Part shown: in pieces, positions 33,390-44,896 of the stretch | Numbering within the stretch: the first letter of the stretch is position 1 | Layout of the letters: each line of letters starts with the position of its first letter | Source of the DNA: Rebecca billardiae RCC1528 | Lineage: Eukaryota; Protista; Haptophyta | Reading direction: 5' to 3' | Length of the DNA stretch: 64,000 nucleotides | Assembly (NCBI GenBank): GCA_965240325.2 | Contig: OZ251231.1 | Span: 186,001-250,000, forward strand | Notes under the pieces: model-generated | The model's database searches: none | The model's input: the letters and a program-made list of their open reading frames with translations, nothing else | What the model was told of the DNA's origin: nothing | Program-made: the position numbers and the translations under genes

Positions 33390-34913
33390 CTCGTCGGCGC
33401 CGCCGAGCAGCGAGCAGAAGACGCGGTTGACCGCGATGACCGCGGCCTCCTTCGCGAGCGCCGACAGGTCCGCGCCGACGAACCCGGCGCACGCCTCCGC
33501 CACTCGGCCGAAGTCGCAGCCGCCCGCCACGCGCATGCCGCGACACAGCACGCGCAGAATCTGGGCGCGCGCCGCCGCGCCAGGCATCAGCATGCAAATC
33601 TCGCGGTCGAAGCGGCCGGCGCGGCGCAGCGCGGGGTCGAGCGCGTCCGGCCGGTTGGTCGCGGCGATGACGAGCACGGGCGCGGGCGCAGCCTCGGGCT
33701 CGCCCTCCGCCGCGCCCGGCGCGCCGGCGCTCGCCGGCGCGGCCGCGGCCGCAGCCGCGGCCTCGGCCGCGCCCGGCGCGGCCGCGCCGCCGCCGCCCTC
33801 CGCGCCCGCCGTCGCCGCGCGCTCGGGCGCGCGCGAAAACGCGTGCTGCAGCGAGAGCTCGTCCATGCACGTGAGCAGCTGCGCGACGATCCGGCGCTCC
33901 ATCTCGCGCTGCGCCGTCTCGCGCTTCGGCGCGATCGCGTCGATCTCGTCAATGAACAGCAGGCAGGGCGCGGCCGCGCGCGCGTCGCGGAAGAGGTCCC
34001 GGACTTTCTGCTCCGATTCTCCGGACATTCCGGAGACGATCTCGGGCGCGGAGATCTTGAGGAAGGGCACGCGGAGCTCGCCCGCGATCGCGTTGGCGAG
34101 CAGCGTCTTGCCGCACCCGGGCGGCCCGTGCAGCAGGATCCCGCGCGGCGGCTCGATCCCCAGGTGCGCATAGATCTCCGGGTGGGTAAGTGGGTATTCT
34201 ATTAGCTCACGCACGTCCTGCAGCACAGCGTCGCACCCGCCCACGTCCGCGTAGCTCACGTGCGGCGTGGTGGGCGCGGTGCGGGCGCGGGCGGCGCCGG
34301 CGCGGGCGCGGCGGTGGGAGGGCTCGACGCCGCCCTCGCCCTCCTCGCCGCCGCCGCCGCGCCGCCGCTCCTTGCCGCGCGCGCGCGGCGTCGGGCCAGG
34401 CGGCGCCGCCGCCGCGGGCGCGGCCGCCGTCCGGTCGGACACGGCGTCGGCTGGCTGCTGCTGCGCGCGGTACGTGGCGAGCAGCCCGCGGTTGAGCAGG
34501 TTGTGCGACGGGTTCTCCATCAGCCGACGCCCCGAGGCAGCGCCGTCGTCCACCTCCTCCGCCGCCTCATCGCCCGAGCTCGACGCGGCGGCCGACGCGC
34601 CGTCCGACGCGGCGCGCGCGCGCTTGGGCGCGGCGTCGGCGTCGGACGCGGCGCGCTCGCGCTCGTCGAGCTGCTCGATCACGCGCTGCACCGCCTTACG
34701 CAGCGCCGCCTCCGGCTTCCGCGCGTAGTCCAGGTTGCGCTTCGCGCGCAGCCACGTCACGATCGAATCGACATCGTGCAGCCGCGGCCGGCGCAGGTCC
34801 TCCGGCGAGGGCCCGCTGCCGTGCTCGCGCGCCCACTCCTCGATGCGCGAGACGAGCGACGAGTCGAGCGAGTATGGCCGGCGCTGCGCCGAGCCCCCGG
34901 GCTTGCGCTTCAT
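31894..34913 (-). CDS. NVL: Nuclear valosin-like AAA+ ATPase (NVL/Rix7/CDC48C; 60S biogenesis), 2 exons
   Basis: D1: [59 protein letters not shown]2: [47 protein letters not shown] linker. Intron 32650-32894. Confidence 0.93.
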
Positions 34914-35152
34914 CACGCGCGCGCGCCGCTCACGCCCGGGCGCACCGGCCTCGTGGAACCCGTCGCGCCACGCCTCCCGCGTGGCGGGTTGACTCGACGC
35001 CTTGCGGGGTCCTGGTGGGCAGCCCTACCAGCCAACTTGCAAGCTGCGTGGGCACGTCCAAGGCACGTCCCCCTTGGCACCGGCCCGGCGGGCGGATTCC
35101 TCCGGGCGTGAGGCGCGAGCCGCGTCGCTCCCGAGCGCAGGCCGCTGCCGAG

Positions 35153-35932
35153 ATGGCGTCGCTCGCCGGGCTCGTCTCGAAGCGCACCTTCGGCGCCATC
35201 GCCTTCGCCCCGGACGAGTCCGCCGCCGCCGGCCCGTCCGACTTTGCGCGCCGACAGCTGGAGAAGTTCGGATGGAGCGAGGGCGACGGGCTGGGCAAGC
35301 GGCGGCACGGGCGGCGCGAGATCGTGGCGGTCGAGCGCAAGGCGGACAACCTCGGCCTCGGCCACGCCTCCGCCGCCGAGCTCCTCCGCCGCTCCGTCGA
35401 GCGCAAGGCCGCGGCCGGCAGCGACAGCGACGACAGCAGCGACGCAGACGCCGCCTCAGAGGATCCAGACGAGAAAGTCTTCAAGGCGTGCGGCGGGCTG
35501 CGGCTTGGGATGCGCGCGCAGGCGCCGCAGGCAGGTAAGCTTGCACGCCTCGCCGCCGCAGACGCCGCGTTCCTCGCCTCGAGCGGCTTCGCACAGCCCA
35601 CGCCACCGCGGGCGGAGGCCGCAGAGGCGAAGCTGAGCGCGCCTGCTGCTGCCGCCGCCGACAAGGCGCGGCGCAAGGAGGAGAAGAAGCGCAAGAAGCG
35701 CGAGCGGGAGCAAGCGCAGGCCGAAGGCGCGCCCGCGGCGACCGCTGACGACGGCAAGGCGCGTCGGAAAGCACAGAAGCGTGCCGCCACCGAGGGCGCG
35801 AGCAGCGGCGTGGGTGAGTCTGCGGCGGCCGCTGCGGATGCGGCGGCCGCGGCGGCCGCCAAGGCGCAGCGCAAGGCGGCCAAGAAGGAGGCCAAGCGCG
35901 CGGCGGCGGAGGCGGTGGCGGCGCAGGCGTAA
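35153..35932 (+). CDS. G-patch domain protein (GPATCH4/PINX1-like)
   Basis: FARRQLEKFGWSEGDGLGKRRHG...DNLGLG; DEKVFKACGG...GKLARL motif; Lys-rich C-terminus. Confidence 0.85.
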   Translation: MASLAGLVSKRTFGAIAFAPDESAAAGPSDFARRQLEKFGWSEGDGLGKRRHGRREIVAVERKADNLGLGHASAAELLRRSVERKAAAGSDSDDSSDADAASEDPDEKVFKACGGLRLGMRAQAPQAGKLARLAAADAAFLASSGFAQPTPPRAEAAEAKLSAPAAAAADKARRKEEKKRKKREREQAQAEGAPAATADDGKARRKAQKRAATEGASSGVGESAAAAADAAAAAAAKAQRKAAKKEAKRAAAEAVAAQA

Positions 35933-36387
35933 GCGGTGGGCTGCGGCCTGCCGTGCACGGTCGTGTACCGCGCGGCGCAGCCGTACCGGTACAGTCCGGC
36001 AGACTTCCGACAGCGCGTCAGTGGCACTTTATTGCCACTTATCTGCCTGAGTGACTTATCAGATACGCGCGCGGCTGCTATACTACGACGCGCACGTCGA
36101 TATCGGATGAGTCCGTCTGTTTCATGTCTGCGCCGCGCGGCTTATGTGATCGACGTACTGACGAGACAGATCGACGCCGCGGTATGATGCGGCGCAGTAT
36201 AGCAGCCAGCCCGAAATTATATATATTGAGTAACAGCTAGCAATTAAACTATTTTAATAAATTTATTATTTTTATTAAAACGATACTCGGATCAGAGTGA
36301 GAGTCAGACCATCACAGATCGACACGGCCTGAGACGGGTAGCCAGTCGTCGTATACGCCATCGATCGTCGCGCGCGCGGCGCCCGAG

Positions 36388-37681
36388 TCAGAGCCGGCCG
36401 TTGAGCCATTGCCATCTCGCGAGTGCGGACAGGCGCCCTGGCTTGTCCGCGCAGCTGACGAGCCGCATGCGCCCGAGCACGGCCGGCAGCGAGCGGCGGC
36501 CGTTCGTGCTGACGCACAGCAGCCGCGCGATGATTTCGTACTCCGCATCGAGCCGGCGCGCGAGCGCGGACGCGAGCTCCTCGTCGAGTGTCCAGTCCGC
36601 GCCGCTGGTCAGGTTGCGGTACAGCTCGGCCGAGCTGTGCGAGTGGGGCAGCTTGAGCGCGGGCAGGGGCGGTCGGTGTGCGCCCGCCGCGCCCAGCGCG
36701 TCATCCTCTGCGTTCGCTCGCGCGGCCGGGGCGGCATACGGCGTGGCAGGCGGGAGCCCCCGCCTCGCCCAGCTCAGCAGCGCGGGCGCGTCCTCGGCCA
36801 GGCTGGGCACGCGTACCGCGAACACGTCCATCCCCGCCAGCCTGCGCATCACCCGGCTGTCGGAGAAGTAAAACAAGTAGCCGCGCTCCACGTGCGAGTC
36901 CTCGAGCCCGAGGGCCGTGGGCCTGTCGACGAGCTGCGCGCCGATGGCCCCGCAGCGCGCGCGCTCCTCCGAAGGCGCGGCGCCGTCGCCCCCTCCGACC
37001 AGCGCGCGCGCCAGCTGCGGCGCGTTCGGGAAGCAGCGCAGCACCTCGGCGAGCGAGAAGTCGACCGCGCCGCGCGCGAGCTGGTGGCCCCTGCGCACCC
37101 TCTTGCGGTTCTCCCGCATGGCCGCCTCCGCGTGCCGGAAGGGCGCGGTGGGGTTGTAGTGGTAGTGCAGGAAGGCGAGCGCGCTGAGCAGCCGGTCGAC
37201 GCCATCGCGGATGGTGACGACCACCCTGAGCCCGGCGGCGGCCTCGAGGTCCCTCAGCTCGACGGGCCGCTCGTGCGTCTCGCAGAACGGCACGCCGTGC
37301 GTTTGCATCAGCTCGCGCACGCTCTTGCCTGCGGCTGAGGGGTCGCGCACAGGGGGAGGCGAGCGGACGCGCAGTGAAGCGGTTGGCAGGGGGCAGGCCG
37401 TGCGCAGGCGCAAGGCACCGCACGGGCGAGCTGAACGGTGGAGCCACTGCCCGCCGGCCGCCATTGCCACCGTGGGATCGCGCCAGGTCACGGCAAGCCG
37501 CGTGGCCGTGCGCATGCGGCGCACCCTTGCCCACGTGAAGGAAGGCCAGGCACGTGCCGTTCTCGCAACGATCGCACCCATTGCCGTCGCCACCGCTCGC
37601 CTCACGAAGGGCGCTGACGACGAGAACGCCGACGTAGATGCTGAGATGGCGCGGGCGCCGGCGGCCATCGTGCGAGCGCAT
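36388..37681 (-). CDS. Membrane/Golgi-type sulfotransferase family protein, 2 exons
   Basis: Splicing intron 37335-37524 creates the 5'-PSB motif FLHVGKAAGKSV; 3'-PB motif TIRDGVDRLLSA; N-terminal hydrophobic anchor. Confidence 0.75.
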
Positions 37682-38339
37682 TCGGCACAATATTAATCAG
37701 GAGCGCATTCGTCAAAACTTCTACTAATTATTGATTTACAGACACAGGCTCTCTTGCTCATAAATAATCGTATTCATCATATCACATTTTGTACGGCGAC
37801 ACAATCATCATGAGGATTAAGTGATTATGATAACCCGCGTCATTTTGAGACGCATCAAGGGCCGCATCCGCATCAGATTCTCACCTGCTCGGACGTTCAG
37901 CCTCGCGCTCGTGCCCGAGTCGTGGGCACGCCGCACTGGCGGCCTCTCTGCGGCAGTTCTGCGACGACGACTGCCTGCGGCAGCTAGTGAGTGTCCGCGT
38001 TGCAGCACTCGCCTGCACCGTCACTTGCGCGCGGCCGTCTGACTGGCACTGATGGCCTCCGGCCCTGCCATCGCCACTGTGACGTCCTAACAGACATTCT
38101 GACGCGGGACGGGGCGCCATCAGGCAGTTCGCTCATTCAGGCCGCCGCCGCTGTCGCCATCGGAGCCGCGTGTCAGCGCGCCTCGCGAGCACAGAAGCGA
38201 GGCGCGCCACCGGCTGAGCAGCGGCGTGCTGACCACGGCGGACGCTGACGGCTGGGCCGCGCCGCAGCGCCAGACCCCCGCCCCGCACCCCCCATGGAAT
38301 CTCCGTGGAATCTCCTGTCCGCCTCCCTAGTCCCTGCGC

Positions 38340-40553
38340 TCACAGCTGCTGGGAGCCCGCCGTCAGCGCGGCAGCCGTGAGCGCGTGTCTCGCCCGCTTC
38401 GCAGGCCGCGGCGATGCGGTGAGTGCGGCGCCAGCACCCGCGGTAGGCTGCTGCGCCTGCGCAGCGCGTGGCGCGCGCGGTGGGCGCGCGCGCATGAGTG
38501 CGCGGCGCGCGGCGCGCGTCCCAGGCCACGCGTCGCCACCGCGCCCGGCCCGCTCGTGCCGCGCGGCGCGCACGCACCTGCGCGCCGCCCTGCACCATGC
38601 ACAGCGCGCGCATGCGCGCGCGCGCCGCCTCGTACGCCGCGACGTCCGTCTCGTTCGGCGAGCCGGTGCACAGGTGGCCCCGCTTCGGCTGGCCGCAGCG
38701 CGAGCACTTGTACCCAGCCACGGGCCCGGCCGCGGTGGCTGAGGCTGGGCTGCGCCGGCTGGGCGCGGGCGAAGGGCGGGCGGGCGGGGTGGCCGGCGGC
38801 GCGGCGGCACGCTCGGGGGAGGCGGGCGCGACGATGGGCGCCGGGCTGGCCCGCGCGGCGCCGAGCGCGTCGGCTGAGCCGAGCTCTGCGCCGGCCTCGC
38901 CGTCCGGCGCCGCCGCCTCCGCCTCCGCCTCCGGCGCGGCCTCCGCCTCCGCCGCGGCCTCGGGATCGGCGGCGGCCTCCTCGCCCCGCTCCGAGGCCGC
39001 CGCGTCGCGCATCTTGCGCGCGCACTTCATGCGGTGCCACCGGTTGCGCACCGACGCGCACGTGCGCCCGGGCAGCAGCGCCGCGAGCACGCCCCACTTC
39101 GCGCCGAAGCGCTCCACCGCCTCGGAGATCACCTCGTCCTCGATGCGCGTCCACGGAGCGGTGCGCCGCTGCGCGCCGCCGGACGGCCCACACGCCGCGC
39201 CGCCGCCGCCGCCGCCGCCGCCCGTCGCGATCGCGTCGAGGCAGTCCGGCTCGAGCGGGGCGCGCTCGGCGGCGCCCTCGGCGGCCGCGGCGCTGCTCCC
39301 TGCCCAGCGCAGCGCGTGCGCGCCCGGGTGCTCGATGCTGAAGCTCTCCCGCCGCGCGCGCTCCGACTGATCGGCCGAGCGCGCGCCACCAAAGGGCGGC
39401 GGCGGCGAGCGCTGCTGCCGCGCGCCCGCGCCGCCGCCAGACGGCTCGGCCGCCGCCTCCGAGCCGGCCGAGTCGGAGCGCGCCGCGGGCTGGGCCAGCG
39501 CGTGCGCCCGCAGCGCGGCCGGCGGCAGCGGCGCGGGCCAGTCCGACGCCGCAGCCCCGCCCTCCGCCGAGTGCGCCGCGCCCAGCGCAGGCGAGGCCGC
39601 CGCCGCGCCGAGCGCGGGCGAGGCCGCCGCCGTCAGACACTCTGCAACCTCCAGCTCGTGGGCGGTGGCGCCGCCGCCCGTGCCGCGCGCGGAGACGGCG
39701 CACGGCCCGCGGGAGTGCGGCCGGAGCGCCTGCGCGGCGGAGGCCGCGGCGCGCGCGTGCTCGCCGCGCGCGCGTACGCGTGAGCACGCGCGCACGCGCG
39801 GCGCCGCGCGCAGCGTCGGCCCCGCTGCCGCGCGGCCGGCCGGGCGGCGGCGCGCTCGCTGGGGCGCGCGGCGGGGGCGCGCGGCGCGGGTGCGCGGGGC
39901 GGGCGGGCGCGCGCGTGCGCTCACCGCTTCTCCCGCCGCGTGGGCGAAGGGCGCGCCCGTCCGCTCCGCCGTGAGCGCGTCGTCGCCCTCCGCGCCGGGG
40001 AGGAGGGCGGACAGCCTCGTGACAAGAGTCATCGAGCGTGCGTCGGCCGCGGCGGCGCTCGCTGTCGTCGCGCCGCCGAGGAGCGTGGACTCGGTGCACG
40101 CGCTCATGTCCGAGCCCTCGCGCGCGTGGAGGCGGGGCCACGCGCCCGCGGGGTGCCACGGCGGCGACATCGGCCGCGGCGTGCTCGCCTCGCGGTCTGT
40201 GTGCGCCAGCACATCTGCGCGCTGCGCGGGCGAGCGTGCGGCGCACGCGCGCGCGGTGGCGGTGAGTGGGGCGGGGATGTGCGCGAGGCGCGCACGCGGG
40301 GCGCGGTGCTCGCGCGTGTGCATCCACCCCCCACGCGCGCCGCCGCACCCTGCTCGGCGGCGCCCGCGCCCGCGCGCGCGCGCGCGCGCCGGGCGCACAC
40401 CAGCGGCCGGGCGGTTGGTGAGGCCTGGAGCATTGCCGCCGCGCGCGCGAGCAGGTCGAGCTGCTCGGTGGCCGGGGCGGGGGCGCAGAGGCGTGGACTC
40501 ATGGCCGCGTGGTCACCGGCGCCGCCGACGATGGCGCGCTTGGCTCGGCGCAT
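38340..40553 (-). CDS. Single-repeat Myb/SANT transcription factor with a CxxC...HxC zinc-knuckle-like motif, ~4 exons
   Basis: PWTRIEDEVISEAVERFGAKWGVLAALLPGRTCASVRNRW; YKCSRCGQPKRGHLC. Candidate introns 40222-40400, 39730-39924 and 38457-38577. Confidence 0.8.
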
Positions 40554-41121
40554 CGGCCCGTGCAGCGCGGCGCGCAACCGCCAATCACCAACGCGCGCCC
40601 TCCTTGCGGTTGGGCGCGCTCCGGCTGTTGGCTGGACGTCGAGCGGAAGTGGTGCTCATCATCCGCGCGTGCGGGGCGCGCCTCGTCAGAAGCGTCAACG
40701 TCCGAGCAATCGAGCGCGCGAAAATAAACCACAGGCGATAGCTTGGTCAAAGCCGCTCAGGCCCTATTGATGAACAGTGCTGGGGGTACAAAGGGTGTCG
40801 TCGTCGGCTCGTCGCGTGGCGCGTCCACCGGCGCAACTGATCAAGGGATCGATCGGTTACACTGCGCCCCCGTTACACATCCGGACCATCCCGTTGGGCA
40901 GGATCAATCCGGGGAGCCTTCATTAGCGATTTAGCGCCGCCGCATGGGCACCGGATCAATCCTGGCCAGTGGATCCGCGGGGGCAAGTGGCAGGACTGCT
41001 CGGTCGTCTACTCGCCCGGAGTCCTTCCGCTCGAGTCCGGACACAAGGCCCGCCGCGCGTGGAAAGAAATGCGAGCACAACCTGAGCTCACGAGCGCGCG
41101 CCCGCCGCCATCTGCGTCGAG

Positions 41122-44100
41122 ATGCATCACGAGCCCGAGATGCGCACGTCGTCGCCCGCGTGGCGCGCGCGCGCGCGCGCGAGCGCGCGCCCGGCCGTCC
41201 GCGCGCTCTACGCCGCCTTCCTCTTCGGCTGCGCCTGCGCCTTCGCCTCGCTCACCTCGAGCGCGTACGAGAGCGCGCACGGCGCGGTGACGGTGCTCAA
41301 CACGGCGTGGACGAACGGCACGCTGCTGTCGCGCGGCGCGCCGGTGTACGCGGCCGTGGACGGGAACGTGACCGACGCCTTCGGCCCGGACGGCTCGCCG
41401 GCCAACGCCTCGGCCTCGCCGCGCGCGCGCGCGCGCGGAGGCGCGGCGGCCGGCAGCCCGGCTGAGGGCAGCTCCGCGATGGCCACCGACGTGGTGCAGT
41501 TCATCTCGCTGGCGACGTACCAGCTGGCGCAGGTGGGCGGCTACCTGTTCGCCTTCCTCGGCGGCCGCGCGCTCTTCCCCGCGCTCTTCGCGCCCGCCGA
41601 CCCCGCCGGCGCCGTCGCGAGCGCGCGCGGGCTCTGGTCGTGGGCTCGGGCGGTCGGCTCGCTCACCGACGCGCAGCTGCGCGCCGCGGCCGGCGTGGAC
41701 GGGGTGCTGCACGTGCGCCTGGCGCGGCTGCACGCGCACCTGAGCACGCTGGTGTGCGCCACGTCGCTCCCGCTGCTCGCCGTGTACGGCTCGTCCAACG
41801 GCGCGGCCGACGGCTTCCACCGCTGGGCTCTTACAAACACGCTCGCCGCGCCCACCGCCGAGCAGCCGTGGCGGCTCGCCGTGCTCGTCGGCGTGGTGTG
41901 GCTCAACTGCTGGCTGGTGCTGCGCGCGATCGACAGCTTCGACGAGCACGTGCACGCGTACGCCACGCAGAGCGTGCGCGAGCGCGCGCCGATGCACCAC
42001 TACGCCGTGCTCGTGACCGAGCTCGCCGGCGCCGCGCTGCCGGCGCCGCCGCAGCAGCGCCCGCCGATGCTCGCGGCGGCTGCGCGGCCGGCCTCGCGCG
42101 ACGGGGTCGCCGGAGGCGCAGGCGGCGGCGGCGGCGATGGCGCGGCCGGCGGCGGGGGCGGCGGCGCGGCGAACATCGCGACCGCCGGCTCGGCGGAGGC
42201 CGCCGCCTTCTTCGAGGCGATGTACGGCCGCGGCTCTGTGCTGTGCGCGCGGCCAGTGTCGCAGCTCTCCGCTGTGCCCGCGTCGGCCGCCGCCGCCTCT
42301 GCCGGCGGCGGCGCGGCGGAGCGGCGGAGCGTGTCGGCGCGCGCGCGCGCGATCGCGGCGCGCGCGCTCCGGCCGCTGCGCAAGGTGGGCCTCAACCTGC
42401 TCCCGGCGCAGCGCGAGGGCGACGACGACGACGAGCGCGCCGCGGCGGGGCTGCGCGAGGAGGTGTGCAGATACAGCGCCTGTCTTGGCGCGCTCGCGCA
42501 CGCGCAGGCGGTGCTGGCGGCCGCGGCCGAGGCGGCCGCGGAGGCGGAGGCGGGCGCGGTGGAGGCGGGCGGCGGCGCGCGTGCGGCGGGGCCGCCGGCC
42601 GAGGCCGGCGCGCTCTCGCCCGAGCGGCCGAGCGCGCTCGCGCCCGCGTACTCCGCGCTCTCCGAGAACGCCGCACCGGCGACGCAGCGCGCCGCCCTGC
42701 GCGACGCGTGGGCAGCTGTGTTCGGGGGCAGCGCGCCCGGCCGCGCGACGCCGGCCTCTGCGTCCGCGGCGCGCGCGGCGGCGGCGCGCGCGCGCGTCGC
42801 GATGCGCACGGCGCTGGGCGAGGCTGCGGCCGCGCGCGCGCGCGTGCTCGAGGCGGCGGCGCGCCTGCCGCCCTTCGAGGCCGTGCCCGGCTCCCGCGGC
42901 GGCGGCGCCGCTGACGGCGCCGCCGACGGCGCGGGCGAGGGCGTCGCGGCCGCCGACGCCGCCGCCCGCGCCGACCGCACCGCGAGCGCCGACGCCGAGG
43001 CCGAGGCCGCCGGCATCGCGGCCGGTGCGAGGTCCAAGGCCCGAGGCTGCTCGGCGCTGCCCGCGCCACACGCGGCGATCATCGTGCTCGACTCCCTCTC
43101 GAAGGCGAGCGCCGCTGTCGCCGCTCCGCTGCTCGTCGCGGGCGGCGCGGCGGACGCCGCCGCGAGCACCCGTTGGGCGGATGCGAGCGAGCTGGCGCTG
43201 GCGGCGAGCGCTGCGCTGCGCGGCGGCGGCGGCGGCGTCGGGCACGGCGCGAGCGCGGCGTCGGCCGCGGCGCACTGGCGCGTGTACCCGTGCCCCGAGC
43301 CCCGCGACATCCTCTGGGAGCAGCTCGAGGCGCTGCCGCCGCGCGCGCGCCGGCAGCGCGCCGCGCTGCTGCTGCGCGCCGCCAAGAGCGCAGCGTTTGT
43401 CTTCTGGGGCGCGCTGGTGGCGGCGCTGGCGGTGGGCGTGCAGGTGGTGATCGGCTGGCTGGCGCGCACGTCGCACATCGGCGCGGCAGTGACCGCGGTG
43501 CAGATCCTCTCCGGCATCCTGCCCGTGCTGCTGCAGAACACGCTCCTCGTGCTAATGGCGCCCATCCTGGGGCTGCTCGCGCTCCAGTCCGGGGGGGTGT
43601 TCACCCGGAGCCAGCTGGCGGCGGCCATACTCACCGACTACTCGCGCTTCCTCGCCGCGGTGGCGTTCATGGTGCCGCTGCTCTCGAACACGCTGAGCAG
43701 CGCGCTGCTGCAGGTGGGCGAGCACCCCGCCGCGCTCTTCGCGCTGCTCGCTGAGAACGTCCCCAGCGCCGCCGCCGCGTCCATGTCCTATGTGCTCATG
43801 CGCGCGTGCGTGCGCGCCAACGAGACGACGGGGGTGATGCGCGCGTCGGTGGCGCGCGTGTGGCTCGCGCTCGCGCGCACGCCGGGCGCGCGCGCGGCCG
43901 CGGCCGCGCCGCCCGAGCCAACGGCGCCGGTGGCGGTGGCGTGGGACTCGTGGGCGCTGCTCGTCACCCTCACGTACGCGCCGATCGCGCCGCTCACCGC
44001 GCTCGTGTGCGTCGGCTACTTTCACGTGTCGCTGTTTGCGGCGCGGCACGAGACGGGCGTAGTCGCGCGCTGGCCGTTCGACACGCGCGGCGCGCTGTGC

Positions 44101-44754
44101 GTGCGCGCGTGCAGCAGCGCGGCGGACGCGGCGACGCTGGCGGCGCTCATCCACGGCTCGGTCCTCGCGCTCTCGTGCGCCGCCGGCCTGATTGGCGGCC
44201 GCGAGCACGACGACGACGGCGGCGCGGCCGGCGCGGCCGGCGGCGGCGCGGTCGACGCGCCGCTCGGCTCGCGGCAGGGCCTGCTCCGGCTGCTGTGCGT
44301 CGTGCCGCTGCCGCCGCTCGTGCTCTACTACCGCGCGCGGCTGCGCGCGCGGCACGCGGCCGGGCTGCACGGCGTCGCGCGCGGCCGGCTGCCGCTCGCG
44401 GATGCGGCGGAGGTCGACGGCGCGCGGCCGCGGCCGCACGTGCTTGCTCTGCACGCGCAGCTCGCCCGGCAGCTGCGCGCGTGGGATGCGCCGAGCGCGC
44501 CCGGCGGTGGCGGCGAGCCGGCGGGCGAGCCGCTGCCGGACGCGGCGACGGTCGTCGCGCCGCCGGGCGCGAGCGCGGGCGCGGGCTCGTCGTCCGCCGC
44601 CGCCGCTTCCGCCGCCGCCGCCGGCCGCGCGCCGCCGAGCGTGGCCGCGTCGGTGGACGCGGACGCGCGCGCCTCGGCGCTCGAGCGCTGGCTGCGCCGG
44701 TACGAAGCGGACGACGCGCTCGACTTCAGGCCGGCGGACGGCGTCTCGAGTTAA
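41122..44754 (+). CDS. OSCA/TMEM63/CSC1 (ERD4)-family mechanosensitive Ca2+-permeable channel, divergent
   Basis: AGVDGVLHVR, YAVLVTEL, PCPEPRDILWEQL, LSGILPVLL, LLAENVP, LTYAPIAPL; multiple TM segments with long Ala-rich insertions. Confidence 0.78.
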   Translation: MHHEPEMRTSSPAWRARARASARPAVRALYAAFLFGCACAFASLTSSAYESAHGAVTVLNTAWTNGTLLSRGAPVYAAVDGNVTDAFGPDGSPANASASPRARARGGAAAGSPAEGSSAMATDVVQFISLATYQLAQVGGYLFAFLGGRALFPALFAPADPAGAVASARGLWSWARAVGSLTDAQLRAAAGVDGVLHVRLARLHAHLSTLVCATSLPLLAVYGSSNGAADGFHRWALTNTLAAPTAEQPWRLAVLVGVVWLNCWLVLRAIDSFDEHVHAYATQSVRERAPMHHYAVLVTELAGAALPAPPQQRPPMLAAAARPASRDGVAGGAGGGGGDGAAGGGGGGAANIATAGSAEAAAFFEAMYGRGSVLCARPVSQLSAVPASAAAASAGGGAAERRSVSARARAIAARALRPLRKVGLNLLPAQREGDDDDERAAAGLREEVCRYSACLGALAHAQAVLAAAAEAAAEAEAGAVEAGGGARAAGPPAEAGALSPERPSALAPAYSALSENAAPATQRAALRDAWAAVFGGSAPGRATPASASAARAAAARARVAMRTALGEAAAARARVLEAAARLPPFEAVPGSRGGGAADGAADGAGEGVAAADAAARADRTASADAEAEAAGIAAGARSKARGCSALPAPHAAIIVLDSLSKASAAVAAPLLVAGGAADAAASTRWADASELALAASAALRGGGGGVGHGASAASAAAHWRVYPCPEPRDILWEQLEALPPRARRQRAALLLRAAKSAAFVFWGALVAALAVGVQVVIGWLARTSHIGAAVTAVQILSGILPVLLQNTLLVLMAPILGLLALQSGGVFTRSQLAAAILTDYSRFLAAVAFMVPLLSNTLSSALLQVGEHPAALFALLAENVPSAAAASMSYVLMRACVRANETTGVMRASVARVWLALARTPGARAAAAAPPEPTAPVAVAWDSWALLVTLTYAPIAPLTALVCVGYFHVSLFAARHETGVVARWPFDTRGALCVRACSSAADAATLAALIHGSVLALSCAAGLIGGREHDDDGGAAGAAGGGAVDAPLGSRQGLLRLLCVVPLPPLVLYYRARLRARHAAGLHGVARGRLPLADAAEVDGARPRPHVLALHAQLARQLRAWDAPSAPGGGGEPAGEPLPDAATVVAPPGASAGAGSSSAAAASAAAAGRAPPSVAASVDADARASALERWLRRYEADDALDFRPADGVSS

Positions 44755-44896
44755 CGAGTGACTAGACGTCGGACGGGCGGCTAGGCGGGCGGTGCGGCGC
44801 AGACTCCGAAACGGCCCGAGGCGGCCGTGCACAGTGACACTGGCTGGCGGGTCCGGGAATCGTCGCCGGGACCGCGACACCCGAGGCTTCTAAGAC

